DNA of 64,000 nt from an uncultured Nitrososphaeraceae archaeon (GTDB lineage Archaea; Thermoproteota; Nitrososphaeria; Nitrososphaerales; Nitrososphaeraceae). The position numbers were made by a program, and so were the translations under genes. Below the pieces are notes generated by a model. That model was not told the origin of the DNA and ran no database searches. It was given only the letters and a program-made list of their open reading frames with translations. Where the stretch lies: the NCBI GenBank assembly GCA_963765895.1, contig CAVXZB010000084.1, positions 288,001 through 352,000 on the forward strand. Direction: 5' to 3'. Positions 34,902 to 47,260 of the stretch are shown in pieces (positions within the stretch are counted from its first letter, which is position 1; each line of letters opens with the position of its first letter).

Positions 34902-35309
34902 TCAGCCATTATTTTCTAATGCTGATTTCCATTTATCGATCTCGCTATCAAAATTTGTCATTTGTTCCTCAAATAATGTATCAGTTAGACCGTCAGGCTT
35001 TACGAATACCCATGTAGTCGTAGAGCCTTCTTTGTTTGGAACCGTTCTTATATATACATTCCAATGTCAATCCTCCATCCATAAAAAATGTGGTCCAATA
35101 TACCGTATTTTTTAGCGGAATTGGTAATGCTTCATCATTGACCTTCCTGCAATTGCGTGATCAAATGTCCACCAACTATCGGACGACTACTGTAACGCAC
35201 TTATTTTACCTCCTACCTCCAAGCTTTTCATATTTTCAAAGAAACTATATACTTCGTTTACATTTCTCGTTAAGGTCATTGTTTTTACTATTACCTTTAC
35301 AGGTCTCAT
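34902..35309 (-). pseudogene. SRPBCC/polyketide-cyclase-like gene, disrupted
   Basis: Reconstructed from fragments: MRPVKVIVKTMTLTRNVNEVYSFFENM...Q*SSDSWWTFDH...KYGILDHIF...NVYIRTVPNKEGSTTTWVFVKPDGLTDTLFEEQM...KWKSALE, with an internal stop and frameshifts. Confidence 0.7.
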
Positions 35310-35601
35310 TAATCCTCCATGTCATTGGTCATTATTAATTATTGACTATTTTATGAGTAAGCAGGATTACAAAATACAATATCCCCTTGACAGGATTAAT
35401 AATCATAAAACTAGACTATGGAAAAACTAGGTCGATTTATCTTGCCAGTAATCTAGAACGTCACGATGTTCTAATGCGACAGGAAAGTACATAATAACCA
35501 GATGTTCTAGTCATAATTGAATTTCTGTTAATAAAGGAAGAGATTTTGTTATTGCGGTGGCTGAGAAGGCGCAGTGATTCATAGCGAAGTATAGCCTTTT
35601 A

Positions 35602-36744
35602 CTATATCTTCCTTAACACTGAAATTAGTCTGTCGATATCATCTTCGTTATTATAGAAATGTGGCGAAACCCTAATACCCTTTCCTCGTGCCGACAAAAC
35701 TATCTTGTGCTTTCGCTCAAGTTCAGCAACAAGATTAACTGGATTGCGTTTAGGTTTGAATAGTATTATTTGGGATCTATATTTTCTATCTTCTATTGGT
35801 GAAAGGATTTGAAGGCCCAAATTTCGTAGCTTCTCAATCAGATAATCTGTCAGATTAAGAAGCCGACGCTCAATTTGACGAATTCCAATTCGTGATATGT
35901 ATCTTAATGCCGCATTTAATGCAAAAATACTCTGGAAATTTGGAGTACCTACTTCGAACTTGGTTGCGTCAGTTGACATGTCCACTTTCATATTATTACT
36001 ATAATCCTCTTTTTTCTTTTGACCAGCTTGACCAAAAAAAACCGGTTCAAAAGTCAAGTCTTCTAGATACTTTCTCCTAATGTAAATAGCACCAATTCCA
36101 AATGATGAGAGTAGCCATTTGTGCCCTGTTCCGACCATAAAATCAATACCATAATCCTTTACACTAAAATATGATGCTCCTAATGATTGTGTTGCATTTA
36201 CCACGAGGAATAATTGCTTCTTCTCTGCTATATCGTGAAGTGCTTTTAGATCTTGTTTAAACCCAGTGGAGTACTGGACATGACTAGTAACTAATGTCCT
36301 TGCATCACTATTTTCTGAGATCATTTTCAGAATATCTTTCTTTAGTATCTTGTTGCCATTGTTTGCCCTGACAAATTTCACATTGTTTCGATTAACGTTA
36401 ATCCACGGCAAATTAGAAGATGGAAATTCCAATTCATTTGATATTACACTGCCTTTGTCTGACAGCATATGCGCAATTATATTCATGCCCTCGCTGGTTG
36501 AATGTGTGAAGGCTATATCTTTTCCACTACTAGCCCCAATAAACTTGGCATAAAGATCCTTAGTATTTTGAATTTTTACTACCCAATCATTCCACAAATG
36601 TTCTGAGTGACACATTGCGTCCTGGTAGAATTTTAACACCTCATTGTAAACTGTTACTGGAATAGGTCCGATGGCAGCATTAGCTAGATAACAGTATTTT
36701 CGAGTGACGGGAAAATCATCTCTCAGCTTATCCCAGTCTGGCAT
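35602..36744 (-). CDS. PLP-dependent class-V aminotransferase / cysteine desulfurase-like enzyme
   Basis: LRDDFP, YLANAA, STSEG, TGHKWL (PLP Lys), FEVGT and IRVSPHFYN. Confidence 0.9.
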   Translation of the reverse strand: MPDWDKLRDDFPVTRKYCYLANAAIGPIPVTVYNEVLKFYQDAMCHSEHLWNDWVVKIQNTKDLYAKFIGASSGKDIAFTHSTSEGMNIIAHMLSDKGSVISNELEFPSSNLPWINVNRNNVKFVRANNGNKILKKDILKMISENSDARTLVTSHVQYSTGFKQDLKALHDIAEKKQLFLVVNATQSLGASYFSVKDYGIDFMVGTGHKWLLSSFGIGAIYIRRKYLEDLTFEPVFFGQAGQKKKEDYSNNMKVDMSTDATKFEVGTPNFQSIFALNAALRYISRIGIRQIERRLLNLTDYLIEKLRNLGLQILSPIEDRKYRSQIILFKPKRNPVNLVAELERKHKIVLSARGKGIRVSPHFYNNEDDIDRLISVLRKI

Positions 36745-37467
36745 ATGAGGCCTGTATTGGGTGCCACATTATAAATATGATTAGAGGTTATTTCCCTGTG
36801 TTGCAGGATGATCTTTCTCTTCGATATATGAGCATCATCAAAGTCTAATTTCAAATATCTGACTGAACACGCCAGACAAGACATCTAATTTACAGATCCG
36901 TGTTACAGATATATGACGTCTTGGCCGTCTAAGCGGATTATGGATTTGAAGTATTTTAGGCCGCTTCTGATATGCTGAAAAGGAGATCGTTTTTTCCTTC
37001 TTACATCTATACTCAACTAACCAGATACAAGAATCGTTAATGACTTTTCCTGATGATTTGTTGAAGATGCCTGCTTACCACAGACACGTGACTCATTTCG
37101 CCTACAACATTTCTACTAATACCGTATCCGATCAATGTGGAATTGCTTTAATCACATAGGATGAAAATGGCAAGATATTATTGAGAATTATTAATACTAT
37201 AAACACAAGGCCATTGCCAATTTTATCTTGTCCTTAAACTATGCATTTTCGCTCCGCGGTTATTCCGTGAGAGAATTGGGTCAGCCAGCAACATAGCGCA
37301 TATTACAAACTGGACTGACAACGAAAGTGGACTCTGACTGAAATTTATTTTCTTATGAAACCCAGAAAAATAAGCTTTAGAAGATAGATAGATAGATAAG
37401 ATATTATATTAGCTTAAATTCAACTAATAGGAAAAATATGTGATGGTGGTGGCGACGTACATTAATT

Positions 37468-39820
37468 ATGCGTGTTAATGCTCGACTTAATCGAATAAAT
37501 CTACTTATCGGGCTTGCCATCGCAATCATAATATCAGACTCTATAATCTATTTTTCAGAAGCTGCTAGCAAGGAGTTTTATTCAAATTGGATCATTGTCA
37601 TTAATGCCTCAATTGCTGCGGGACTTGCGATATTGATATTATATAGACACAAACACCATGATGGAATATTTGACAAGTCACACACAGCTCTTGCCGTAGG
37701 TTTATGTCTGTGGCTAACTGCCGACATTATCTGGGCAGTATATCAGATCGTGCTGGAAATTGTTCCGCCGGTACCATCAATGGCCGATTTTGTATGGTTT
37801 TCTGCATATGGCTTCTTCGCTTTCTATTTATATTCAACGTACTTTGAGTTTCACAAAAAATTCAGGTTTAGTAAAAGACTAGTTGTTTTTAGCATCGTTG
37901 GTGCCGGAGTATTTCTATCATACGTAATTCTTGTGACTACAAGCATTGCCGATTTATCCTCAAACAGAGGTATTGCCATGTTTATCGTAGTGATTACATA
38001 TCCTGTTCTGGATTCCATACTTATCATACCGGCAATTGTAATCTTGTTAAGCTTTAGAAATGAGCCAGTGTGGTTCACTCCATGGCTATTTGAATCAGCC
38101 GGGATATTTCTAATGGCTATTTCAGACAGCTGGTTTGCACTAATTGTAGTCACTTCGTTATTGAACCAGTTCTGGTTATCTGCATTATTTTTTGCCTCGC
38201 ATTATATCATTATTTCAGCCGGTTTACTCTGGTATATCATCTACTTGATAAGAGAAAAAAAGAGCACTAATGAAGTGTCAACTAAAGATTACGTCATTGC
38301 CGATGGCGGTGAGACTACACCATCTGATAAGTTCAATTTTAACAAGAACAAAAATACTAAAAAAACAAACCGATCGGATAACGAAAAAAAGAGAAACATA
38401 TCGGGCCTTAAATCCAAGTTCGCACCTGTGATCATTATTATCATTATTTCTTGGTCAATCTATGTTTTTATCAGTTTAATTGCGTATCACGACCAATCCA
38501 CAACCAAGTTACCAGGTTGGATATCCTCATTTTTAACATTTCTACCCTCTATTTTTAGTGGGAATTCTGAAACAATAATACATCCGAGCCTTCAACATTT
38601 AGCTAATGCAGAATCAAATGTAAATACAACTATGCTGGGCGCACTTCTTCCAATTAGTGGCGCTTCCGCTTCGTTAGGCGAATCAGAACAAGCTGCCCTT
38701 AAAATTGCAATTAACGATATCAACAAATACTTTTCTGAACACCAGTCGAATACAAGGTTTGGACTTGTAATTGAAGACACCGGAAGTGATCCTCAAATCG
38801 GCCTCGAAAAAGTTAAGCGTTTGTCAGATATGGGGATAAAGATAATAATTGGTCCTTCCACTAGTGCAAACGTAAATCAGATTCGAAATTATGCGAATTC
38901 TCATGGTATATTGCTTGTTAGTCCATCAAGTACTGCTCCTTCCTTATCTCTCCCCGGAGATAATATTTTTAGATTTGTTCCGGATGACACACATCAGGCA
39001 CAGGCAGTATCGTCATTAATGTGGAAAGATGGGATAAGAATCATTGTACCATTCTGGAGAACTGATATTTATGGAAATGACCTAGTAAATGAAGTCAAAA
39101 ATAGTTTTGAAAAGATCGGGGGAAGATTTGTAGATGGTGTTGGATATACCCCACATACAGGTGACCTATCTGCTAGTCTCAACAGGATAAACTTCATAAT
39201 TTGGGATCAAGATTTGAAGACTCTCGAGGCGAAACTGAAGAAGGCCATATCAAATTATGGCGTAAGTAAAGTAGGGATTTATTTTGTAGCCTATGACGAA
39301 GTTGCGCCCATTTTCATTCAAGCGCAAGGTCATGACGTCTTGTCTGATGTAAAATGGTTTGGTAGCGATGGATCGGCACTTAACAACAAGGTCGTAAGAA
39401 ATACAGACGCTGCCTATCTTTGCTACTAAAACTGGTTTTGCTAATCCGATTTTCGGAGTTGAAAATGAGAGTAACACCAGGTTTAAACGTGTCGAAGCTT
39501 TAATTGAAAAGGATATCGAGAGAATACCAAGGTCATATGCAAGTACTGCCTATGACGCACTATGGGTTGCTGCATTAGCTGAAAACCAGACAAAGCAAGC
39601 AAACAACATTAGCATAGAACAGCTCAGAGATGCATTTACAAGAATTGCAAATTCATATACTGGTATTACCGGCAATACCAGTCTTGATCAGAACGGAGAT
39701 AGAAAATACGGCGATTACGAATATTGGGTAGTAACAGAAGATAAGAATAACTCAGGATCATACATATGGAAGCCAGAAGGTAGATTTGTATTTGAAAAAA
39801 CTCCAAACGGTCACAGATAG
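37468..39820 (+). CDS. Multi-pass membrane domain fused to a type-1 periplasmic-binding (branched-chain amino acid/ANF-receptor-like) domain; frameshift near 39415
   Basis: About 8 TM helices, then LGALLPISG, EDTGSDP, IIGPSTS, SPSSTAPSLS and IFRFVPDD. After the stop at 39429 another frame continues YASTAYDALW...YTGITGNTSLDQNGDR to TAG at 39820. Confidence 0.8.
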
Positions 39821-40135
39821 ATAGATAGATAGTCACAATAGCCCCTTACCGGATATAGCTGCATTTGAAGATGATGATACAACATAGATTTCGAAATAGT
39901 TGCAATCGGGACATTCTGTTAGCAAGGCCCACAATGATCTAAAGAGCAATAATTGTGATAGCATTATTAGAAAAACATTTTTTGATTATTATCGTGATAG
40001 ATAGAAAATCTCCAATAATTCTTGAACCTAATTGTAACCATAACCTAATGGTAATTTGAGTAATTCAAGAGCTTGTTATATTAAGTAGCTTTGCGCGCTA
40101 GCGAAAAGAGAAAAAAAGTGGCCTCCCGGGTTAAT

Positions 40136-40400
40136 TCATAAGACACTTGGAGAAACCAAATTCCTCATTTCATTAAAAACATAGAGAAAATGCAATCCTT
40201 TATCCGTTGTCCTGCAAGTCCTTTCGTTTAAGAAATATTCTATCAATCCATTTCGAATCAATAGCAGTAGATATTGCTTAAACGGAATATGACTCAGAGA
40301 GACCTTTGAAAGAATATCTGTGTGCCGAACCTTTTGACTTATTGCTGTCTCCAAAATTAAAGCTATTATTTCTACTCGACTTCTATACTGTTTTACACAT
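40136..40400 (-). CDS. Small winged-helix protein (third paralogue), start disrupted or non-canonical
   Basis: QYRSRVEIIALILETA...LSHIPFKQYL...RTTDKGLHFL. The nearest ATG (40400) is out of frame. Confidence 0.65.
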
Positions 40401-40537
40401 GTTCGCGCTATATCCGTTCACAGTTTAGTATTAATTTACTAGTATATAATATATATCTGGATACAAACATTTACTTGTCGCTTTTTGAGGACATTTTTAT
40501 CAGAAATATTATCTATAGATGTTGTAATACGACATGT

Positions 40538-41406
40538 TGTACTTAAAGACATAGGGGACGTTATAGCTTACCGACATGAGGTCACGCTTCTGTGAGAAAG
40601 TGTATCCGTATAGAAATTCTAACAAGTATCATCTAATGCATGAAAAAGTATGGACTTGTGATAGAATACCTGCAACTAACCAAAAGATTCGTAAGTAACA
40701 GGATAAAATTTCGACTAAGAATTATTGAACTCTCGCCGAGCACACGAACTGTATACAGGAGATTAAAGAGGCATGGTCCTAACATCCTGAAGTGTCAAAC
40801 AAAGATAAGAGGGTACAAACGGTTTATTATAAAGCATTCAACTAAAATGGTACAGTTGGATATCCTTGGCCCATTTTCTCATTTTTTTCAGTCAAAGGAA
40901 TTACATCATTAACTGTCGATGACGCCTACAGAAAAGTAGCAGCCAGATAGGTCTGAAAGAAAGAAGTCAGATTATGTTCTTAACGCAATAGAGGATTGGG
41001 TAAAGAAGAAAAATGACAAGCCCAAGAGAGCGATGCACGATAACTGAAAACAGTTCACATCCAGGATATTCAGACTCTTCCTTGCACCAATCAGATATAG
41101 GATAAACAGATACCAAATTCCTATCCACAGTTGCAGGGCAGAGTGGAGGCATATAACAGATAGTATAGGATGAGTTTCTGACAATTGAAGACATGCCCAA
41201 TAAAGATGACTGAAAAACTATGGTACGACATGGTTGTTAAAACAAACAATTAGACTAGGACTAGAGAACATTGATGGATCAATGGTCTTACTCCATCAGA
41301 GGTATTTCTACAAGGTTAATTACACCCATAGTACTGTACGTGCAAGAACAAGCGGCAGAGTGTAACCCTGTCTATAATCAAAATGTAACCTATCTGGGTA
41401 AGTACA
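40538..41406 (+). mobile_element. Degenerate IS481-family insertion sequence
   Basis: Ends TGTACTTAAAGACATAGGGGAC / GTAACCTATCTGGGTAAGTACA (TGT...ACA imperfect IRs). Transposase fragments STRTVYRRLKRHG, MVQLDILGPF, HDN*KQFTS and YPQLQGRVE. Confidence 0.8.
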
Positions 41407-41726
41407 GAAAGTAGAAAAAAGTCATTATATGTAAATAATCTATTCTGGAAAGTGAAAGTCATTGTTTACAATTCCTAGTAATTACTTCTGTATCTTTAAC
41501 TGAGGTCGCTGAATAGATGGATAATTAATATTCGACAGGAATTATCAATCATTATATATCTGGGTACCTATGTTGGTTAATTTTGAACTAATATTGGCTC
41601 GTACAACTAGATAAAAAATCCCTTTTTATGTGGTAAACAAAATAAAGAAAAGAGTGCCAGACCTTTAGTAGTTATTCAGCCTTTGTCTTGGCCTGTAGTC
41701 TGTTTGTAATGATCAGTTGTTAGACC

Positions 41727-42224
41727 CTAATTCTGGTTAGACTTTATTGCGTCTAGATGCGCCAACGGGTTGATTATTGCGTTATCCCAGTTTGGTCTGG
41801 ACATCACATAACTAACGGGTACGTTTGAAGGAATCACTATATCTGGGTCTACAAGTACACAGATCGTTCTTGCGATACCTGCTCTTCCGTTAGTTCCATC
41901 ATCAGCTGACCTCGCATGACCGTCACTGCCATCATGCCCGCTGTTTCCACTATTTCCACCGTTTCCGTCATCTCCATTATTTGGCCCAAATCTTGCCATC
42001 CAGCCAAAGTCAGATAGACCTCTATCCGTTCGTGTACTGGTTCCACTATAATCTCCCCTTCCAACAGGACCTTTTCCTTGAATGCTCTTGCAATCTTGCT
42101 GTCCATTGCTTTGTCTGTCGTCAAATGCATATGAAGTCTGAATAAATAAGCTAGCACTTGATGCTACTACTATTGTTGCCACTGCTCCTATGAGCAGGAA
42201 TCTAATTGAATGCCAGTCGTTCAT
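41727..42224 (-). CDS. Secreted Gly-rich protein, group A (GRP-1)
   Basis: Signal peptide ending SYA, then DCKSIQG...Gly/Asn/Asp-rich...ARTICVLVDP. Confidence 0.75.
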   Translation of the reverse strand: MNDWHSIRFLLIGAVATIVVASSASLFIQTSYAFDDRQSNGQQDCKSIQGKGPVGRGDYSGTSTRTDRGLSDFGWMARFGPNNGDDGNGGNSGNSGHDGSDGHARSADDGTNGRAGIARTICVLVDPDIVIPSNVPVSYVMSRPNWDNAIINPLAHLDAIKSNQN

Positions 42225-42301
42225 ATTTTTCTCTGAAATTTGTTTTGGGACAATAGTTTATCTGCATTAAGTTATTTTACTCTTTGAAGTTTCCGGTAAG
42301 A
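42160..42301 (-). repeat. 142-bp promoter plus signal-peptide module, copy 1 (copy 2 at 43249-43390)
   Basis: Near-identical sequence covering the upstream region and codons for MNDWHSIRFLLIGAVATIVVAS. Confidence 0.9.
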
Positions 42302-42973
42302 AACTACAATAGTATTGTTGGTTACAATGATCATTTACGATTTCAGTAGCCAGTTCGTTTCATTAGTATCACTAAGTTTTTTCTCATCCATTCCGTCCAA
42401 TCGTTTTTGACCAGAGAATGGTTGGATAAAGTAAGTAAGTGTCAAAATGATCATCCCCACATAGGGAAGAGCGCGCGTGAGTGAAGAAAGAAGGGGAGAA
42501 GTGGAGTAATGTCTGGCGGGCTTCGATATAGACCGTGGTCTTGGCTTATCTTCAAGTATATTTGCATAATCATTTCATAAATAGATAGCCTCTATGGAAT
42601 TGAATTCCTATTCTACGTCTTAGAATTCGCTACAAAGATTAGATAAATTTTTGAATGCAGCATACGAAACAGGATAGAAGGAGATAGATCTGTCTGAGCA
42701 GCCGCCACTACTTGTCTCTATCATTATTGTATTAACTAATAGGCCAGCTACTATTATCTGCACTCGTTTCTACATTTAGGGAAACAAAGATTTGGTTCAC
42801 ACATACGTCTTTTACATTAAATCGCGAAGAAATAGGTGTAGAGACTAATAAAGCAGAATACAGATAAGGAAATAAAAACTAGTGAAGAAAAAAGAAAAAG
42901 TAACAGACGCGGATCGGCGTACGCTTAAATAAAATTGGGATATATAGTGCTGTTTATTCTATTGGGCTATCCA

Positions 42974-43313
42974 TTACCAAGAATCTTCTTGGTATATGTT
43001 CGGAGCTATTAGAATACACAAGGTTGTTGCGTCTCCACCACGTCCAGCATTTCCGCCTTTTCCACCATCTGCATTTCCACCATCACCACCGTCTCCGCTG
43101 TGTGGTCCTTTCCCTCCTGATCCGCCATATCCAGCAACTCCGCCATATCCTCCAATCCCTCCTTTTGCACCGTCACCTGCGATACTGCTGGCAGCGTAGA
43201 GTTCGATCGGATGCGTTTGCAGGATGTGCAAACCAGCTAGCAAATGAAGATGCTACTACTATTGTTGCCACTGCTCCTATGAGCAGGAATCTAATTGAAT
43301 GCCAGTCGTTCAT
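42974..43313 (-). CDS. Secreted Gly-rich protein, group A (GRP-2), one-base frameshift near 43185
   Basis: The same signal peptide as GRP-1 starts at 43313 (…HPANA|SDRTLRCQ). Removing one base joins it to SIAGDGAKGGIGGYGG...GGDATTLCILIAP. Confidence 0.75.
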
Positions 43314-43390
43314 ATTTTTCTCTGAAATTTGTTTTGGGACAATAGTTTATCTGCATTAAGTTATTTTACTCTTTGAAGTTTCCAGTAAGA
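43249..43390 (-). repeat. 142-bp promoter plus signal-peptide module, copy 2
   Basis: Direct repeat of 42160-42301 at an offset of 1089 bp. Confidence 0.9.
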
Positions 43391-43943
43391 TATACGGATA
43401 TAATTGTAGAGGGTGTAATACTACTCTATCTATTTCTGCCTTTGTTTTATGGAATAGTTTCCGCTCACAAAGTAGCTGTGCTAACACTGGCTTCAAAGAA
43501 TTCAGGTTATCTTTAGGGCGCTGCCAATATAAGGGATCCTATTAATATGTTACTTGTACTAAGACCCAGGAACAGCAATTATTATACATACATACATACG
43601 TACATGTATTCTGGTTCTATTAGGTGCTTAAACAAACAATGCCATTAGTTGTTTGTTATCATCAGTCGTTGGCAAGTCTAAGCTCGACCACAGTAAAATG
43701 CGGTACTATTTACATCTGCTTATGTCCTTTGATGTTTATAATAATTCCCCTTCAGCCTTACTGTGACATGCTAATAGTTCAGATTGCTGAAAATATAAAA
43801 TATATTTCCACAGTAGAAGTTTCGAAAGGGCCCATAACCGTAATATAACAGAAAATTATGGAGTAAAGCAAAATTTGCTCTACCTATCATAATAAAGGAT
43901 GCAAAAAAGTGTGTTTGTTAAGCTATTAGGATATCTATGTTCT

Positions 43944-44315
43944 TTAGTATTCTTTATTTATGCTGATAATGGTTTTGTCTGCACCGTCGTCGCCACTTCC
44001 GCCGCGTCCACCAATCGCGTCTCCGCCGCGTCCGCCATTTCCACCATACGGGTTATTATAACCATCATCATCATTTCTGTTGCCGCTGCCGTCATTTCCA
44101 ATACCATGAACTGGTGTGTTACCTCCGGATCCACCGTGACCCGCATGTCCACCAATCCCAGCATCTCCACCTGCTCCGCCATTTTCTGCTCTGGCGGTAA
44201 GATCTGCCTTTACTGGTTGCATTGGAGAAGCGACTAGAGCGATTATCCCGACAGTCATTAATGCTACAAGAGCTGTAGTTATCACATGAGCCTTTGTTGT
44301 CATACTGAAGAACAT
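43944..44315 (-). CDS. Secreted Gly-rich protein, group A (GRP-3)
   Basis: Signal peptide ending PVKA, then DLTARAENGGAGGDAGIGG...GGRGGDAIGGRGG...DKTIISINKEY. The upstream region resembles the GRP-1/2 promoter. The start may be 44315 or 44303. Confidence 0.8.
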   Translation of the reverse strand: MFFSMTTKAHVITTALVALMTVGIIALVASPMQPVKADLTARAENGGAGGDAGIGGHAGHGGSGGNTPVHGIGNDGSGNRNDDDGYNNPYGGNGGRGGDAIGGRGGSGDDGADKTIISINKEY

Positions 44316-45594
44316 GCTACGAATATGGTTTATTTGCATTAACTCAATTTAATCTTTGAAGTGTCCTATAAGAAAGACCAATATAATTGTGGAGTAGATC
44401 TATTCTAGCTAGAAGCTTTGACCATCCAGTTGAACATTTATTTGGGATAGTATTGGTCATTTTGTAGATTATCCGGGGTAGTTGTCATTCAGATGATTTA
44501 CTGAACTAACTAAACTAACGAATTAATCTGCAATTTAATTTTATCTTTAAAGATTGGACAGACTACGAGCCACGAAAGAAAGCATACATGAAAAAAAGTG
44601 ATTCGAGATGTCAGCACATGCAATACGGACATTTAGCCTACGAAATGTATGATTTAATTTAATAGATAACGCTTGCTAACAAAGCCGCTAGGTTAGGCCC
44701 ATGAATAAAATTACTGCTCAGTTATTGAAGCAATTACTTTGAAAATTTCTTTAGAACATATAAAAATAAAAATAAAAAAAAGCAAAGGAGCATATTCTCA
44801 AAATAAAGCCAGTAATCGGGATTTACTTATTTTTTTTGTGCCATATAATAAACAGTTAATGACCTTTCGGCAATTCCTTCACTACCGGACTTCAACCTGA
44901 GTGGGCCCTTCATTCACCACATGACCTTTTTAGACTACCAATACTTTATTTGGGGCACAAATAGTGTCTCAACAACATATGGCTATGCTGTCTAAAGCAT
45001 AGTAATAGCTATCTATATTTCATACATTTATCTACAATTGGATATCTAGGCTACAGCAAAGTTTTTGTAAGGGTGATTGTGCAACTGGCAGGATGTTTTA
45101 AGATATCATAGATAGAATAAGATTAATTAAAATCACACTGTCCTAAAAATAATTAGTTGTTACAACATTTTTAGATATTTTCTCCTTGGCACGTTCTAAT
45201 GATATGAATTTGGATTGCGAGGATTCTCCTTCTTGAAGAATACTCTACGTCAAGATGATTTGCACTCCAGCTAAACCGATGATTGAAAAACATTTTCCTT
45301 ACAGCGAACTATAGTAAAATATTCATTGTGTTCCATGTTGCTTGTGTACCATATTCATGCAAAGATTAGGCTATTCTACGTGCAAGGCATCATTTCTAGG
45401 TTTTAGTTCTATAATTTAACAAGACCTGTCCAGACATCCAAAAAAGTAGAGAAGATTAGGCGAACTAAACTATTCTAGACTATAGGACTGTACAAAGAAT
45501 AACTATGCGGTCCATCAGAACTAGTAATAAAAAAGTTCACCGCGAAAAGTCTGGTTGCTAAACAATTATTAGTATCTATAACTATATAGAAACA

Positions 45595-46435
45595 GTGATA
45601 ATAAGGTACGGGAAATTTATCATCATGTTATGGTTTGTCTTAGTTCTTCCAATTTTCGTCACTTTCGGACCACAAGGCGTTTATGGCCTTGTTCCACAAA
45701 CTAATTTGAATCCTGCACTAGCTCTAAAGTTTGTTCCATATTTAGTAATGTTCCACATAGAGAAATACTATGCATATTCCATTGATAAGAATAATGAGAC
45801 CCAATATATCAAAAGTTGCAATGGTGTAAATGGCGTAAACGGCCTAAATGGTATTGGCGGCATTAATGGCGCTGATAGTTTAGACCGTAATGGTGGCAAT
45901 GGCGGTAGTGGTGGCAATGGCTGGCAATGGCGGTAGTGGCGGAGTAGATATTTGCCAGTTAGGTATTGGCAGCAATGGCGGTAATGGCGGTACTGGTGGC
46001 AATGGTGGACGCGGCGGAGATGCTAATGGCGGTAGAAATAGCATAGACCATAGTGTCTGTAATATCGCTAATGGCGGTATTGGTGGCAATGCCGGTATTG
46101 GTGGCAATGGCGGTATTGGTGGCAATGGTGGACGCGGCGGAGATGCTAATGGTAATAATGGCGGTAATGGCGGTATTGGTGGCAATGGCGGTAACGGTGG
46201 CAATGGTGGACGCGGCGGAGATGCTAATGGCGGTAGAAATAGCATAGACCATAGTGTCTGTAATATCGCTAATGGCGGTATTGGTGGCAATGGCGGTAAC
46301 GGTGGTAATGGCGGAGATGCTAATGGTAATAATGGCGGTAACGGTGGTAATGGCGGTAACGGTGGTAATGGCGGTAACGGTGGTAATGACGAAGATGCTA
46401 ATGATGACGTAGATGATGATAGCTTTGAATCCTAA
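45595..46435 (+). CDS. Long secreted (GGN)n PGRS-like protein (GRP-4), frameshift at ~45922
   Basis: A signal-bearing ORF 45595-45936 enters GxN repeats, and GGC-T-GGC shifts the frame into ORF 45890-46435. Internal 97-bp duplication (45995-46091 / 46196-46292) and an acidic tail. Confidence 0.75.
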
Positions 46436-46854
46436 CAATTAACGAAGATGCCTAAATGTTGATGTTATGCAGCTGTTGCCCCGGTAAGGTTGACTCCAAG
46501 TTATAAGATGCAGCAGATTAATTTTTATGTCATGTAGCGGTTTATTTTCATCTAATAGGTTGGTTTATCTAAATACTGCCCCCAGAATTTGAGGCTCAAG
46601 TTCAATTGTAAAGTGTTTCACTGACTTTCTTACAGGCTGCGTGTATCATAGGCTAGATCTGAAAGGTGAGACATATCTATGGTATACATATAGGAATATG
46701 AGTATGAGAATGTTTGTACAAATATTATTATGTACGCTTTTGACCCTTATTTTCTATGGCAAGCACTGCTCGGGGCGGCGAGAATATCAGTCTATACCAG
46801 GAGGAATGTATATAATTTTTCGAACGAGTATTGAAGGGCGGATCTAATAATGAA

Positions 46855-47260
46855 TCAGTTAAATATTGAGGAGTATGACTGGGAATAAATAATTATTTCT
46901 TTGCAATGATGATTTCATCTGAAATTGTCGATAATAACAGATTTAGTTCACCTCAGAAACTCATATCATGGGCTGAATTATGATGTCCATCAGTACATCA
47001 ATCTGGAAACTCATTGTATACAGAAGGATGAAAGATGGTAATAAAAAGGTAAAAGGAATTAATTGAAGCAGACAACACTGCATCTAGGACTGAGATTAGA
47101 TTAAGGAAATTCTATCTAAGTCTGGCCAAAAGACATCGGCGTCGCATTGCAATAACACATGATGCAAACAAATGATGTAATATAGTGTGGCACATGCTAT
47201 AACATATAGGATACTATACAAAAAAGAAGAACTGGCCTATACGGAACAAACTTAAGGGGA
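46855..47260 (+). mobile_element. IS110-family transposase remnant (C-terminal half)
   Basis: Fragments SEIVDNNRFSSPQKLISWA, CPSVHQSGNS, KDGNKKVK and LRKFYLSLAKRHRRRIAITH..NK..IVWHML, with stops. Confidence 0.75.

Noticed and set aside
37382-39832. (GATA)n tracts on both sides of the membrane-PBP gene, and similar tracts at 19930, 43585, 55281 and 58305
   Set aside because: Short microsatellites recur throughout the window; no evidence that they are target-site duplications or functional.
45890-46435. Collagen or RTX assignment
   Set aside because: The repeats are GGX and Pro-free rather than Gly-X-Y with Pro, and they lack the GGxGxDxL nonapeptide periodicity.
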